Positions 1 through 14,117 are shown, counted from the first letter of the stretch. The stretch is DNA of 64,000 bases from Octopus bimaculoides (GCF_001194135.2 NC_068982.1:73317815-73381814), one strand, 5' to 3'. A program made the numbers and translations. The notes: generated by a model not told the origin, from the letters alone.

Positions 1-857
1 ATATGTGGATATGTGTACACATATGTATATATACATGTGTGTATATATATCATCGCATACATTCATCCATATATATAAACACTGGAATACAAACACGCAT
101 ACATGTGTGTGTGCATGGATGATGTATATATTTGCATGTATGTGCGTATATGTGCATGATTATATGTGTCTGTGTGCAGGTATGAGCATATGCGTGCGCG
201 TGCGCGCGTTTGTATTTACGCATATTGTTAGGTGGTTACTTCATAGTTAAATACATGCATATAATTTCATTTATATTAATATATTCAGATTTATTCAATG
301 ATTCTGAGATGAAATTTTGGCAATGGAAATTCAAAATTATTCCTTCATCTCCATTCTATTAAATGCAGTTACAGTATTTCCCGTGTGTTGGACAAACGAC
401 CTTCTTTGCTATTTCTGGCAACTATATTCTATAGGTTAATACACTTACTTCCCAATATATATACAATTATATTTAACTAACAATTGCCCAAAACAAGCAA
501 CAGGCGCCCATCGCTTGGCTTTGTGCAATTTATTTTGTATTTTGTTCTTGTGTCTCCACCACCATCTGACGCCACATCTATCTCTGTCTCCCTCACACAC
601 TCTCTCCTTCTCTCTCTCTTTCTCTCCTTTACTCTCTCCCTCTCTCCTCCTCTCTCTCTCTCTCTCTTTCTCTCCTTTACTCTCTCCCTCTCTCTTCCTC
701 TCTCTCTCTCTCTCTCTCTCTCCCTCTTTCTTCCTACGCCTTCCTCTGATTCCATTATGCATAGTTTCCCCTCTAAAATGGTTAGGATGCTACACAAACT
801 GATTAACAAACCAAACGGTAATAACTATAGTTGCTGAAGTTGCTACTACTACGAGCA

Positions 858-858
858 C

Positions 859-923
<65 letters not shown>

Positions 924-935
924 ATAGTAGTAGTA
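858..935. repeat. (TAG)n microsatellite, one example of many
   Basis: Others include (CT)n 575-730 and 14425-14524; (TTA/TTG)n 5765-5885; (TTA)n 6720-6795; (ATAG)n 13080-13142; (CTT)n/pyrimidine tract 20230-20575; (ATAC)n 22425-22510; (TG)n 24410-24555; (TATG)n 35605-35640. Confidence 0.95.
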
Positions 936-2247
936 GAGGCACAAGACGAGCAACTTAAGGGTCACGAGTTACTCGATACCGTCGACTCCGGTACATGACT
1001 GGTACTTTATGCTTTGGACTCTGAACGGATGAAATGTTAAAGTTGGCTTCAATGGGACTTGAAATCAGAATATAGAGATGGAAGAAAATAGCAAAACTAT
1101 TTTTTTTAGACGTTCTGACGATTCTACCAATCTACCGCCCAAGCTAGCAATAATAATAATAATAATAATAATCCTTTCTGCTATAGACACAAGGCCTGAA
1201 ATTTGTGGCTGGGAAATAGGCGATTACACCGACCCCAGTACTCGACTGGTACTTATTTTATCGACTCCGAAAGGATGAAAGGTAAAGTCGACCTCAGAAT
1301 TTTAACTCAGAATGTAAGGACGAACGAAATGCTGCTAAGCATTTTCTCCGGCGTGCTAACGATTCTTATTTCTTTATTGCCCACAAGGNNNNNNNNNNNN
1401 NNNNNNNNNNNNNNNNNNNNNNNNNNNNNNNNNNNNNNNNNNNNNNNNNNNNNNNNNNNNNNNNNNNNNNNNNNNNNNNNNNNNNNNNNNNNNNNNNNNN
1501 NNNNNNNNNNNNNNNNNNNNNNNNNNNNNNNNNNNNNNNNNNNNNNNNNNNNNNNNNNNNNNNNNNNNNNNNNNNNNNNNNNNNNNNNNNNNNNNNNNNN
1601 NNNNNNNNNNNNNNNNNNNNNNNNNNNNNNNNNNNNNNNNNNNNNNNNNNNNNNNNNNNNNNNNNNNNNNNNNNNNNNNNNNNNNNNNNNNNNNNNNNNN
1701 NNNNNNNNNNNNNNNNNNNNNNNNNNNNNNNNNNNNNNNNNNNNNNNNNNNNNNNNNNNNNNNNNNNNNNNNNNNNNNNNNNNNNNNNNNNNNNNNNNNN
1801 NNNNNNNNNNNNNNNNNNNNNNNNNNNNNNNNNNNNNNNNNNNNNNNNNNNNNNNNNNNNNNNNNNNNNNNNNNNNNNNNNNNNNNNNNNNNNNNNNNNN
1901 NNNNNNNNNNNNNNNNNNNNNNNNNNNNNNNNNNNNNNNNNNNNNNNNNNNNNNNNNNNNNNNNNNNNNNNNNNNNNNNNNNNNNNNNNNNNNNNNNNNN
2001 NNNNNNNNNNNNNNNNNNNNNNNNNNNNNNNNNNNNNNNNNNNNNNNNNNNNNNNNNNNNNNNNNNNNNNNNNNNNNNNNNNNNNNNNNNNNNNNNNNNN
2101 NNNNNNNNNNNNNNNNNNNNNNNNNNNNNNNNNNNNNNNNNNNNNNNNNNNNNNNNNNNNNNNNNNNNNNNNNNNNNNNNNNNNNNNNNNNNNNNNNNNN
2201 NNNNNNNNNNNNNNNNNNNNNNNNNNATAAAAATAAAACTACTGAAC

Positions 2248-2322
<75 letters not shown>

Positions 2323-2324
<2 letters not shown>

Positions 2325-2867
2325 AGGCACTGGCTCTCATGGCTTTTAATCTTAACTGTTTGGAAGTGCTATCATGTACATGTTTTGACTTGGTATAAAA
2401 GATGGGCTACAGCAAATATTCTGCTCAATACCACAGATTTGTTTGTCAGTTGTTTGACCATAACCAGTTGAACATTCCCTAGGTGGCTGACGATATGTGC
2501 ATCTCTGATCACGAACAGAAGTAGTGGGGGAGCATCATAGCCATGTGTTGAGAGGAATTCTTTGGAGTTTGAATAATTCCCCTCTGGAAACATAGGTGTT
2601 TTGTTCAACATCCTTGAACAACCCTTATTCAAGGATCTTTTGAATGGAATGAGCTACTCGACCTGAAGAAAACTCTAACTTCCCCCACTCCCACCCCTAC
2701 AAGGTCATGCGCTGTTTATTTTGATATGAGATCATCATGTCGCGCACATACGGTTATAATGCTTGTGCCTGGTGTACCCTTATCAGACGGGTGGTCATGA
2801 TGGCTATACTGGGCTTCGTATATTTTATCCCAGTGTCAATTTGATGGCATGCACTGCTCTCTCACTC
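2323..2867. mobile_element. About 545-bp non-coding interspersed repeat embedded between (AAT)n arrays
   Basis: Flanked by (AAT)n at 2248-2322 and 2868-2925. No tRNA head or TIR recognised. Confidence 0.5.
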
Positions 2868-2925
<58 letters not shown>

Positions 2926-3069
2926 TTTTTAAAAGGATTGACGTAATTCTTCACAATGGTAAACAGTCAAGACGAAGAGCGCGATTCGATTTTAACCAAA
3001 ATCAAGTAGATTGAGATGATTAATTTTATGGTACACAGAATAAGAATTGGATCATATAGAAATTCTGGA

Positions 3070-5500
3070 AGTTACCAAAGCTTTTGATTTCCTCAGTATC
3101 GGTGTTAGTGGTATCAAGCACAGTACAAAGATCAGTGGGGACAGGCAGTCCTCCTGGAAGATGCCCCTCCCAATTTCTACTGTCCCTAAACTTCTTCCGT
3201 ATGCTGTCAGGTCCGTCCTCCAATTCGCCATACTTTTTCCAAGCAATCGCTCAACATTCGATGCAATACCAAATAGGTTCATACATTCCATTATTCAAGA
3301 GTGTGAGATCATATCGAACGCCTTACGATAGTCGATCCATGACATGGCTAAGTTACTTTTCCTCTTGCAGTCTCTGAGTACAGTTTTGTCCATCAGGAGT
3401 TGATCCTTGGTACCTCTGCACTTACGCTTGCAAACCTTCTGCTCATGTGGCAGGACTTTATTTTTTCCAGATGTTCGTACATTGACTCTGCGAGTATTCC
3501 AGTCAATAATTTCCACATAAATGGCAAACAAGATATTGGCCTGTAATTGTCTACCCTATTGCCTTTTCAATGTTTTTCAGGCACAGCACTGTCCTACCCA
3601 ATGTCAACCACTCTGGTGTTGCTTGGTCGGCATTTAACAAGGTGTTGAGTTGCGCAACTATTCGTGCATGACATTCACCAAATGTTTTGATCCAGTAGCC
3701 TTGAACTCCATCTGGTCCTGGGGCCTTCCAGTTGCTCAATTTTTTTTTTTTTTTTTTGCTGATTTCCTTCACTCCCTTAACTGAAATGACTAGTTCTGCC
3801 TGTTTTGGACAGACTATTGTTTGTTTCAGTTCTTGCAACCATTCAGCATCCTTCTTGTGCTCCTTATCTTTACTCCAGATGTCACTCCAAAACCTTTGAC
3901 TTTCATTCTTATCTGGTATCAACTTTTCATCTAGAATTTCTTCTGATCTACTCTGAATAACATATTCTGCTGGTAACCCTTCATTCTTTGGTCGTATCTT
4001 ACCATCTTTGCTTTCTTTGCAACGCGGCACTGTTCCAGTTCCTCTATTACCACTTTCAGGCCCTTTCTTTCAATGTTATACTTACTTTTCAGCGCCCTGT
4101 ATTTTTGTTCGCTTTTAAGCTCCCCTTTTCTCTTTTCGGTCTAACAGAAATTTCCTTCGAGAGCATATCCAACCCTGCCTGTATTCTTCTTTTCCACCAT
4201 GGGTCTTTTCTTTTGTCACTCCCATTATATTTCTTTTTCTTGACATCAACACCCACGTTTTCTGCTACAACAATACTTGCTGCCTTGATCAAATTATTTG
4301 TTTCTGTGATGTTGTTTGTTCTGATGTATTTCAGAATTTCATTGACATTTTTCGCTTCTTGGTTCAATTTCCACCGATCAACCTTTTTAAGGTTGAAAAT
4401 ATTGTCACTATCATTCTCTTGTAGTCTTACCTTTATTCTGTCGTAGATTGCCTTTTGTTCATCTGTCATGTCGCTATTAGTTTTATCGTCTTCTTTTAGA
4501 TCATCTATATGTCTCTCATCAAGTAAGCTACCACTGCTCCTTTCCTGTGCTATGAGATTACTTTTATTAGCAAAAACTATATTTTCATCGTTATCTCTGC
4601 TGCTATTTTCCGAGACCGTCTTTTGATAGCTTCGAGCTCTGCTTCTGTGAACCAACGATTTTTTTTTCTTATTGCTCTAGCTTGATCACACAATCTCTGT
4701 TCCGTAAGTTGAAACAATCCGTTTTCTCTCCAATGATCATACATACGTTGTCAGTAACCCTTAATTTGAGCACCATTTTCATCTACAGGGTTGCTCAGGT
4801 AGTAACACTCCATGACCACAGCATTAATTTGCTTGCTCCATCTGTGCCGTGTGTGGTGGTCCCTTTCTGGATATCGACGGGCGGGAGTCGGACCAGAATC
4901 TCTGAGCCTGGCGGGTGCAACACTGTCACCAACAATGGCTTCAGTTTCGTTACCACCATTATTCACAATATTTTGTTTTGTTTCATTGTCACTCATATGA
5001 GGTGGCGATTATCAGGTTGCGCAATTACCAGTGTCTTTATTGTGACACCATCACTGGATGTATCATTAATCAGGACATGGGAAGATTCCACCGCTTCCTT
5101 TCATTACTAATATTATTATCATCACTGATATCACTGATATTATTGTTTTTATTTCTTTTACTATTTGTCACTGTTATATTAACAGACGCAGAGGTTACAC
5201 AGGCCTATGCATAGCAGGGGTGGCACCAATTTCCAGCGCTGCTCACATGGACAACCGCATAGAAAATTACACTATTTGATCTGGCCTTCCTCAGCGTTGT
5301 TAGTTGTAATTTAAAAGGGATGTAACTACTCTTTCTGTCATACAGAACGACTTTCCAGAGAGTCCATTGCTCACTTGTAATCTTCGGTGGACAGGCTCAG
5401 CGTCTGAAGACTAAGATCGTTGCCTTCGTCCTTACTTCTGTAGCCACGATAACTATTTTGTTTTCAATGTTGTTTTTTGCCGCTAGCGAAGCTATGTTCT
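3070..5500 (-). mobile_element. R4/Dong-clade non-LTR retrotransposon, frameshifted and 3'-truncated
   Basis: ORF fragments [75 protein letters not shown] and RGIFQEDCLSPLIFVL. Frameshifts fall at homopolymer runs. Confidence 0.85.
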
Positions 5501-5763
5501 CTAACCACGGGTTCCGAGAAGGTGGAAGATTTTAGTTACTTCCTATGTTGTTGATGTTCTTGTATTAGTTGTTGCTTTCTTTGCTGGGCAGTCTTCTTCA
5601 GTCTTCTATCGCCGTTGTCAATTACTGCCTTTATTGCTGTATCTATGTGTAGTAGCAGAAACAGCAACAGTAGTAGGGGTGGGGTAGTGGTAGTAGTGGT
5701 AGTTGGGCCTCAGATTCTTGTGCTATCAGAATAGTAGTAATTGTAGTATTAGCAACTGTAGCC

Positions 5764-5806
<43 letters not shown>

Positions 5807-5808
5807 GC

Positions 5809-5842
<34 letters not shown>

Positions 5843-6720
5843 ATCACCATCACCATCACTACTATTATTATTATCATTATTACTATTTCCATTTATTATT
5901 AAAAGGTTTTATTAAATGTTCTTTATTTTCAACTTTTGTCTTGTACTTGAGATAATCATAAATATGTGGTTCTTGAAGGAAATAGTTGGAGGAAGAATAG
6001 CAGCTTGGTGAATTCTACAGGTCTATAAACAGATTCGGCAGATGGTGAAGAGGTCAGCAATAGAAGACAAAAGAATCTTCGCATCCTTTGGGTCAGCAGA
6101 GGTCAAATGTATTTACTACTACCACCGACCAATGACAGCGTTGATCTTGGCCTTGAAAAGAAGCAATTCTCTTTGTTCTATTTGTAATTACTGGTAGAAA
6201 AAACAATAATCATACATATATATATATATATATATATATACAGTAGTGTTTTTGCAATGAAAAGGATGTTTACATTTTCGAATACTCAAGGAGAGAGAAA
6301 AGAAAAGATAAGGAGGGTAACATTTTCACAGAAAGTTGTAGATATTAAAGTTTTAAAATTTACTAAATGTGGTCTTTTGTATGTCTGCACAGAGAAAATT
6401 GTATTGTTCTAAGAATAAAAGAGGATGTTTACATTTTCGAATACTCAGGAGAAAGGAAAGGATAGATATTTACAGAAGTTGTAGATATTAAAGTTTTCTT
6501 TTAAAGCTGATCATTTGTGTGTTCGAAAGCTGTAGATATGTAAGTCTCTTAACTTACTTTGAGGGAGATTTAAAATACTCACAGGAAATGGTAGATATTC
6601 CAGTCTTTGGGAGTTATTTTACCGTTGTCCTGCTGGGTTATATTAGTGATTCTGTGCCTTCGGCTGCTGAATGGCCAGAGCAGCAAAGAACATGTCCAGC
6701 CGCTGTCAAGGCTGGCGATA

Positions 6721-6780
<60 letters not shown>

Positions 6781-6989
6781 CATTATTATTATCATTATTG
6801 CCAATTTTGGTGCAAGGCCAGTAATTTTGAGGGAATGAAGTTATTCAATATCATCGATTCGGGATTTCACTGCTTGGTATTTGATTACATCGACTCTGAA
6901 AGGATGAATGACAGATAACCTCTCCAGGAGTTGCTTGCACATTCCAAGGTGTATCTAATGAATTGAATTGCTTTTTTCGTTTCGTTTTG

Positions 6990-8200
6990 TTTTTTAACAT
7001 TCATATTAGATGCTAATACCTTCTACGGCATCTTCCGGGTTGTGAAGTAGAGTGGTAGCTTCTGCAATTGTATCTGGAATTATGGTTAAATTATCAGTAT
7101 AATCTTTGCCTGTTATTGCTGAGCCTAGATATCTGGAACTTCTTGTTCTTGGAAGAGTAAAACCAAATGCTTTTGTTGCGATATACTGGAGTGTGAAGGA
7201 CATAATCAAGATAGAATATAAGAAAGGTGTAAGGATGTCTTTTTGTAAACCATCAACAAAAATGTCGATGTCTGATGTCGATATCTAATGAACGTACCTT
7301 AATTTGAGTGGTTTTTTAGTGCAGTATTATTACATCTACAATGTCTTGGATAATCCCATAGGGTGGTAGAATTTGTTGCAAGAACAAGAAATGCTGGTTA
7401 CTGCTATCGAAAAAAGATCAATTAGCTTCTTTTGTGGACCCTGAGCCATGGGAATTTTCATTTCGGACTACCTAGAATGACAAACAATGATCAACTCTCT
7501 CACGACCTCAAAAATGTCATGGAAGAGAAAGAATGGTTAATGTCCGGACAACGAGCATTTTTGGGGTGTTTTTGCTTGGATTTTTTTTTTTTTTTTTTGT
7601 CAAAGTTTCTTTTAAGTCTTCTGCTTGTAAAGTTAAGTCGTCTGCTTGTAAAGTTAAGTCGTCTGCTTGTAAAGTTAATTCGGCTGCTTGTAAAGTTAAG
7701 TCGTCTGCTGTAAAGTGACCCAATATGATATTCAGATTGTTGTAATTTATGATAGTCTCTATAGGCTTGCCATTAATGACCGGAGGTTTTCCAAGAAGAT
7801 TCTAAAAGCAGTGCTTCCAATGGTTGAAGTGATCTTGTTTGGTTTAAGGATTTTAGTTTTTGCCCTTTTCTTTGGCTGTGGGACATCGATTTCATTAACA
7901 GTGTTCCATGTCGATACTCAAAAAATGTATAGCGAGATATCAATCCTACTTTGAATGTAGTTTTACTGTCCCACTTCATTCATATCTAATGTGTTTTTTG
8001 GTTTGTTTGGATTTTTTATTTTGGATTTTTTTTTTTTTTTTCAAATTTCCGTAATTTCTTTCTGAAGGTTTCATATTTTCCAAATGGACTGAATTAACGC
8101 TTGTCGATGACTGCCTTAATATTCCCATACTACTTTTCTCTTGATTAGGGTTTTGAGTGAGATGCTGCATGAAATTGCATCATAATGTGATGTAACAAAA
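6990..8200 (-). mobile_element. Decayed LINE ORF2 remnant (RTE-like)
   Basis: NLLGKPPVINGKPIETI..LGHFTADDL and DYTDNLTIIPDTIAEATTLLHN (DYADD-like). Heavily disrupted. Confidence 0.6.
7616..7716. repeat. 21-bp minisatellite, about 5 copies (gtcgtctgcttgtaaagttaa)
   Basis: Directly visible tandem units inside the LINE remnant. Confidence 0.9.
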
Positions 8201-9954
8201 TCGTCATAGATAATAAGTATTTGGGGAATTTCATTCTATTTTCTGTTTCAAGCGCTTAAAATGTGTCCTTAACTTCCATGATGTATTGATTGTTAGTCAG
8301 TTTAATCCAATCAAATAGTAGATTACTATTGATTGTAAATTTAGACTTAGTGGCAACACAGACTTAGGCGAACGAATTAACTCCTGAAGGAAAAAAACAT
8401 ACTGTTGTAAGCTTTACAATTCATCTCACTATAAATCTATATACGGTTTACGTATGAGTAATTAAATTGAGCTCTTCTTTTGTGCCTTTTGTATTAATTA
8501 CAGTGTGTTCATAATTTGCCATTCTTTTTCTGGAAATTTGTATTGAAGCATAACAGTCCATTATCTTAAACAAATCCCTCCAAATATTGACGGCTTGTAT
8601 TAGTTGCTTCGTGAAATGTCTATTTGTGATTTTCATTACATACATATTTTTTCATTACATCCAATTTCCGCATTCATACGATCAATACGCCAAGCTTTGA
8701 TATTTGTTGAGTAAATGAAGAAAGTTCCTGATAGAAGCCAACGACATTTTCGTCACATACATTAGTTGGACTGTAATAGTAGATCACAGGCGTGCGAGGA
8801 TTTCTACTAAAATTAGCAATCATCTGTTTTCAAGAAGGTCTTTTTCACTGCTATTTAATGACTCGAATGATCGTAAAATGAGAAGTATACCTACAAACAC
8901 TACCGATTCTTTCCATTAAAAGAGCAGGAGGGATTTTCCTGTGCCGAGTTACACACCATCCATGACCAATATCATGATGTCTGATGTTCAGTTCATCAAA
9001 ATGCTGTAGATTTAGTTCCGTCTACCAAATTCATTCACAAGATATTGGTCGGCCTTGTAGAAAACACTTGCTCAAGATACAGCGCAGTAAGACTGAATCC
9101 AGAATCACGTGGTTGCAAAGAGAGCTTCTAAACCATACAGTCATGCACGCAACTATTATTACAATCTTTTAAATTCTGTTTTCATGTACTCAACGAAAAT
9201 ATCTTCTATGTCTGAATTTGGAGTTAGGTAATTTAAATAATGTTTATATTTTCCTTCTTCATTATTTGTCTGTTTTTGACGTCCTTTCTAACAATGCACA
9301 ATCCTATACAAATGATACACCTCTTCACTCTTCTTTAACCTTTGGCACATATGTGACACCTCCACGCAACATAGATACTACCTGATGCCAGATTTACAGT
9401 CATTGGGTTAGTACCTCGACACACCATTCAATGGACAAAACAACCTAGTTTCTTTCAAAAAGACGCACCGACATAAATACAACTGAAGGCTCACAGACGC
9501 GATATTTCTACTCTCTTTCTCTTCCGCTGTTACCAGAACGATTGCTGTGTCTCTGAACCAGCTATTTTCCCATTTCATCAGACCGCTCAATTTACCCACC
9601 TTTCCTTCTCGAGTCACATCTACTGCACCTTATCTATCCTCAGTACTACATATTTTCCCTAATCTTTCCTTTCAAGACTGCAACTCACTGGAATACCCTC
9701 CCCATTCGAGCTTTTCGTTCGAACGAACATTAACCACATATATTCAAATTGAAATTCAACCATGTCAATCTGTGGGAGGCCCTAGAAAAATCATAGATAC
9801 TTCACCACCTCCTCCGATTAACTTATAAAATTGGATTAGGGCTAAGGTTAGGGTTAGGTTTAGAATTAAATGCTAATTTAAAGTTGTAGAGACGCGTTGC
9901 CTAGTGGTTAGGGTGCTGCACTCACGATCGCAAAATTAAAGTCACTCATGATAC

Positions 9955-10619
9955 CAGCAAAATTATTTATTAGTAACCTGCACAAGAGAAGTATTGTTTC
10001 GCTGCCCAGAAGGTAAACAAGGTAAACAATATGAAAAGGAAAATGGAGTAGCTATAGGTTCTCTCCTAGGACCTTATGCTCACCATATTCTACTTTACTA
10101 CAACTGAAAGTAATGTAATACTTCAACACAAACATACAATCTACATTAGATATGTAGGCGGTTAGCTAGTTGTTATGAACGCTTCAAAAGACAGTGAGAA
10201 ATTAAATCAGGATAGAAAACTCAGTACTATAATTTAACATCCAATGCAACACTTATGTGACTCCGTTCCTAGACATAAATATTCAGATTAAAAATAATTC
10301 AAACATTGTGTCAGTTTACACGCAAGACATAAATAAATTCAAATACTAACATGGAGATAATGAATACCTACATACCTACAAAATGTCAGTGGTAAAATCA
10401 CTACTTAGAAGGTATTAAGGTTTTCTTCCACAAATAAAACACTAGATAAAGAGATTCGCAGAATAAAACAAGCATTACTTAACAACTGATATTCTAACAA
10501 ACTAACAGACCAAGTTACTGATAAATGTAGACAGAAATACAATACGACAAATACATCAGTCATGAGTAAACTACGATCCGCGAGCCTTTCTGAATGACAC
10601 GCCAATGAAAAATTACCTT

Positions 10620-10654
<35 letters not shown>

Positions 10655-11300
10655 TAAGTCATGTGACGTGCGACCCACTTCTCGATAAAGGTTGCCTATA
10701 CCTATATTAGACAATATTTCTATTGAAAGTACACAAAGCGTAATATATGAATCAAATGCATACAAGGTACAGAACTGATGAACATATAGTCAAATATTTC
10801 ATAAAATGAAACACAGAATGTGTCACCCCCAAACCATAAATGGACACTATCAATATATTACAAAAACAATATCAAGAACTTCTTTATAAACAGCATACCG
10901 AAAGCATATAAACCTGAGAACAAACTAAGAATGACCAACGAAATTTATAAATTTGGTTGGAAAAGTGAAAGTTGGAAACTTCACCATTCTAAACGTTACA
11001 TTGGCCAAACAAGTACAACACTCTCTCATCCGCTCACTGTGCATTTAAACAAAGCGCAATTGCAACACACAGCCCCACTAATAAAACAAAGCTAAAAATT
11101 TAAATATTAACAGAAAATACCTCCCCATACCAGGAGACAATTGATTGTAGGAACAATACTAATATCTCAATACAAAGCGACAATCAGCATACAACCTTTA
11201 CACATCACAAAGGCAAATTTGATGGCGTAACACTAACACCACAATTCTTGTGGGGAAGCATGTATAAACATAAATAACCCTCTATAAAAAAAAAGGCAGC
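9955..11300 (+). pseudogene. Decayed Penelope-like element (RT and GIY-YIG fragments)
   Basis: CTREVLFRCPEGK..YEKENGVAIGSLLGP (GxxMGSPLGP-like), IYIRYVGG (YxRYVDD-like), EIRRIKQALLNN*Y, and YIGQTSTTLSHPLTVHL. Many stops and frameshifts. Confidence 0.75.
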
Positions 11301-11980
11301 GTAGAAGCCAAAACCACTCTACATCCTAAAGATGAGGGCGAGACAACCTGAAAACGTTGACAAAAATGAATTTAGGGATTGATGAGACATAGTAGAATGA
11401 CTAGAGAAGGAAAGGTAGGTTGATCGAGTGGCCTGATGAAATAAGAGAATAGCCAGCAATCGTAAGAGAAGGAGAGTAGACATATCGTGCCTGTGAGCTA
11501 ACAGTTTTCCAAACGAAATATAAATGTCTGATATGTAGATATGAGAGATCTTTAATAAAAATAGATTGAATTGAAGCATAGTTGTGGTTTTAATTCATAT
11601 CTAAAAGAAAAGTTATTTCCTGCATCTGTCTAATTATCCATCCACCTATCTATGAGTGTATATATTATATATACACTCGCATACGCATACATACATATAA
11701 TATAGATATATATGCAGTGGGGCGCGTGTGTCTAATATATGAAAACAAGAAACACTCCTATATAGTACTTGCAGTTTCCTGACAAGCCATGGATAAGAAG
11801 TTAACCGATTTCCAATCGGCAATCAACGCACATGCTATCATTCATCAGCTGCCGGTAAACTCGGAGTACTGTATGCGAGTGTTTCAGGTCTGTGTAATAT
11901 ATCAAATATATTCCTCTATTTCGATGATGATGAGATCTACTTCTTTTATTTCTGCATACGTGGTTAATCGTTATATCAAG

Positions 11981-12011
<31 letters not shown>

Positions 12012-12142
12012 GAATGAGATAAAAAATCCAAAGGCTGTGAAAGATTTTAGAACATTTATAAATAGAAAGTCTTACAGCTGTTTCCGGGATATATATATAA
12101 CAAATAATATTGGTGGCTTATTAGCAATTTAACAACCTAAAG

Positions 12143-12222
12143 GCAAATTAATAGAGGTCACTAAAATGACAGAGGGTACTAATTTGTACCCCCTGTCACT
12201 TTAGTGACCTCTATTAATTTGC
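12143..12222. repeat. 80-bp hairpin (37-bp arms, 2 mismatches, 6-nt loop)
   Basis: gcaaattaatagaggtcactaaaatgacagagggtac, loop taattt, then the reverse complement. Confidence 0.9.
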
Positions 12223-13081
12223 TTATATATATATAACCTACTCGGTTACGATCATGAGCTGGAAGTCATAACACCTAGGTTACGTGCCTTGGCGCTTAGA
12301 TGTAATAACAAAGATGAAATGAGAAACAAAATAATAAGAGGTGTCGCTACAATATGATTAATTCAATACTGTATGATCAGCCATCAGCTAGATGCCCTCC
12401 AAGTGCCCAGAGGTCGGCTTGCTAAGACTCTCAAGTTCCATTACCAGTTGCTTCTATTGGGATCCATTATTGGCATTTCTCTGGAATAATACATGATGAG
12501 GCCCCAATCTCTTTCACGAAGACTAATAGATGTCGATTTCTGTTTTGACCAGCTCTGACAATTTAGCATTTCACACACCACCGTCAAGCCTTCAAGTTCA
12601 TTGGCCTGTCTGGTTATTCTGCACTCTCTGCTGTTCCAGGTTTCATGTACTTGAGGATAGACATTCTACCCTCAGGCATTGCCGTTGGGTTCTCTCGCGT
12701 AGTTTAGTTAACTGGTCATTCGAAACCAGTGTGTATTATCCTGTTGATAATAATGCTGACTCGATTATACTATATGTTGTACTGTACGTGTATTAAGTCG
12801 TCATCAGTTTCGTATTTCATATTCCGCCCATATGTCTATCATGACGTCATCAGTTTACAGTCGTATATCGCTGGTGTGTCGAAACGACCTCAAAATCAGC
12901 AAAACTGGCATTCGCTTGACAATAATAAAAAGAACACATTCATGCACATGCGCACGTACGCTCACAAACACATGTACACAGTCTCATATATACATACCCA
13001 CACACATACGCACGCATACATACATGTATACATACATACATACATAGATTGGCGGATAGACAGACAGACAGATAGACCGAC

Positions 13082-13142
<61 letters not shown>

Positions 13143-13389
13143 TTCAATTATATGTTTACTGACAAAGATACTAAATTTACGATAATGCATTTCCCAATTA
13201 CGATTATGAAATGATGTCTAATTTAGTGAGGTATATATAATTGTATATAATTACATAATTGTTATATAATTTACTACTGAATATAATATAATGCTGGATA
13301 TAACATAGTGGTATATATAACTGAATGAGAATGAAGACGAAACAAAAACCAAAAACACACTTGCAAGCGAAAGACTGCTAAACAACATA

Positions 13390-13605
13390 CGAGGGGGCAC
13401 TGAAAAGTTCCTGGCTTTGGGTAAAAGAAAGTGCAGGAAGATCAGTTAATTATGATTTTATTCAGCATATCCTCCTCACAGATTCACACACTTATTGCAA
13501 CGGTCCTTCAATTTTTCTAAGCCCTGTATAAGAACTAGGAATGTTGGGCCTCCAACCAGGCCTTCCGCACTACTCTTAAAGCAGGAACTTTTCATCACCC
13601 CCTCG
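13390..13605 (-). mobile_element. Mariner-derived MITE (216 bp)
   Basis: TIRs CGAGGGGG(C/T)(G/A)(C/A)TGAAAAGTTCCTG and a TA at the left end. The interior retains a transposase C-terminus, GLEKLKDRCNKCVNL*GGYAE*. Confidence 0.85.
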
Positions 13606-13889
13606 AACATATAAATGATATGATAAATTACCTTATAGAAGTAGTGAAAAGAGGGCAGTGTTGTTTGTGTATTATTTTATATAAAATCAGTGAGCTAGCA
13701 GAATCGTTAGCACGCCGGACAAAATGCTTTGCAGAATTTCATCCGTCTTCACGTTCTTCTAAGTTCAAATGACATCGGGGTCGATGAAATAAGTATCAGT
13801 TCAGCACTGGGGTCGATGTAATCAACTAGCTCCCTCTCTCAAAAATTCAGGCCCTGTACTCTATAATAGAAAGAATCATTTTATAAATA

Positions 13890-14117
13890 TTGGGTTGTCC
13901 GGAAAGTTCGTGCCGATTTATAGTAGCTTACCTTTCGACTTATTTGCCATGAAACCACTTCAATTCTGGGAAGAGGGTATTTTCAAGTTAAAGGAAAGAT
14001 GGAGACGCATTGTGCAACAAAATGGTTCATATTTGGTTGATTAAGAATGTAATGGCAAATATTTATTGACCTTTCTCTTTCCTTTAAAAAGCAGCACTAA
14101 CTTTCCGGACAACCCAA
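13890..14117 (+). mobile_element. Mariner-derived MITE (228 bp)
   Basis: 24-bp TIRs TTGGGTTGTCCGGAAAGTT(C/A)GTGC with TA on both sides. The interior encodes FWEEGIFKLKERWRRIVQQNGSYLVD*. Confidence 0.9.

Noticed and set aside
11425-11530. CTGATGA...GAAA downstream of the decayed Penelope (similar weak hits near 6505, 24815, 45082 and 48965)
   Set aside because: Stems I, II and III cannot all be formed, so these are not supportable as hammerheads.
12330-12800. GC-richer stretch resembling a decayed TE ORF
   Set aside because: No diagnostic motif could be recovered in any frame.
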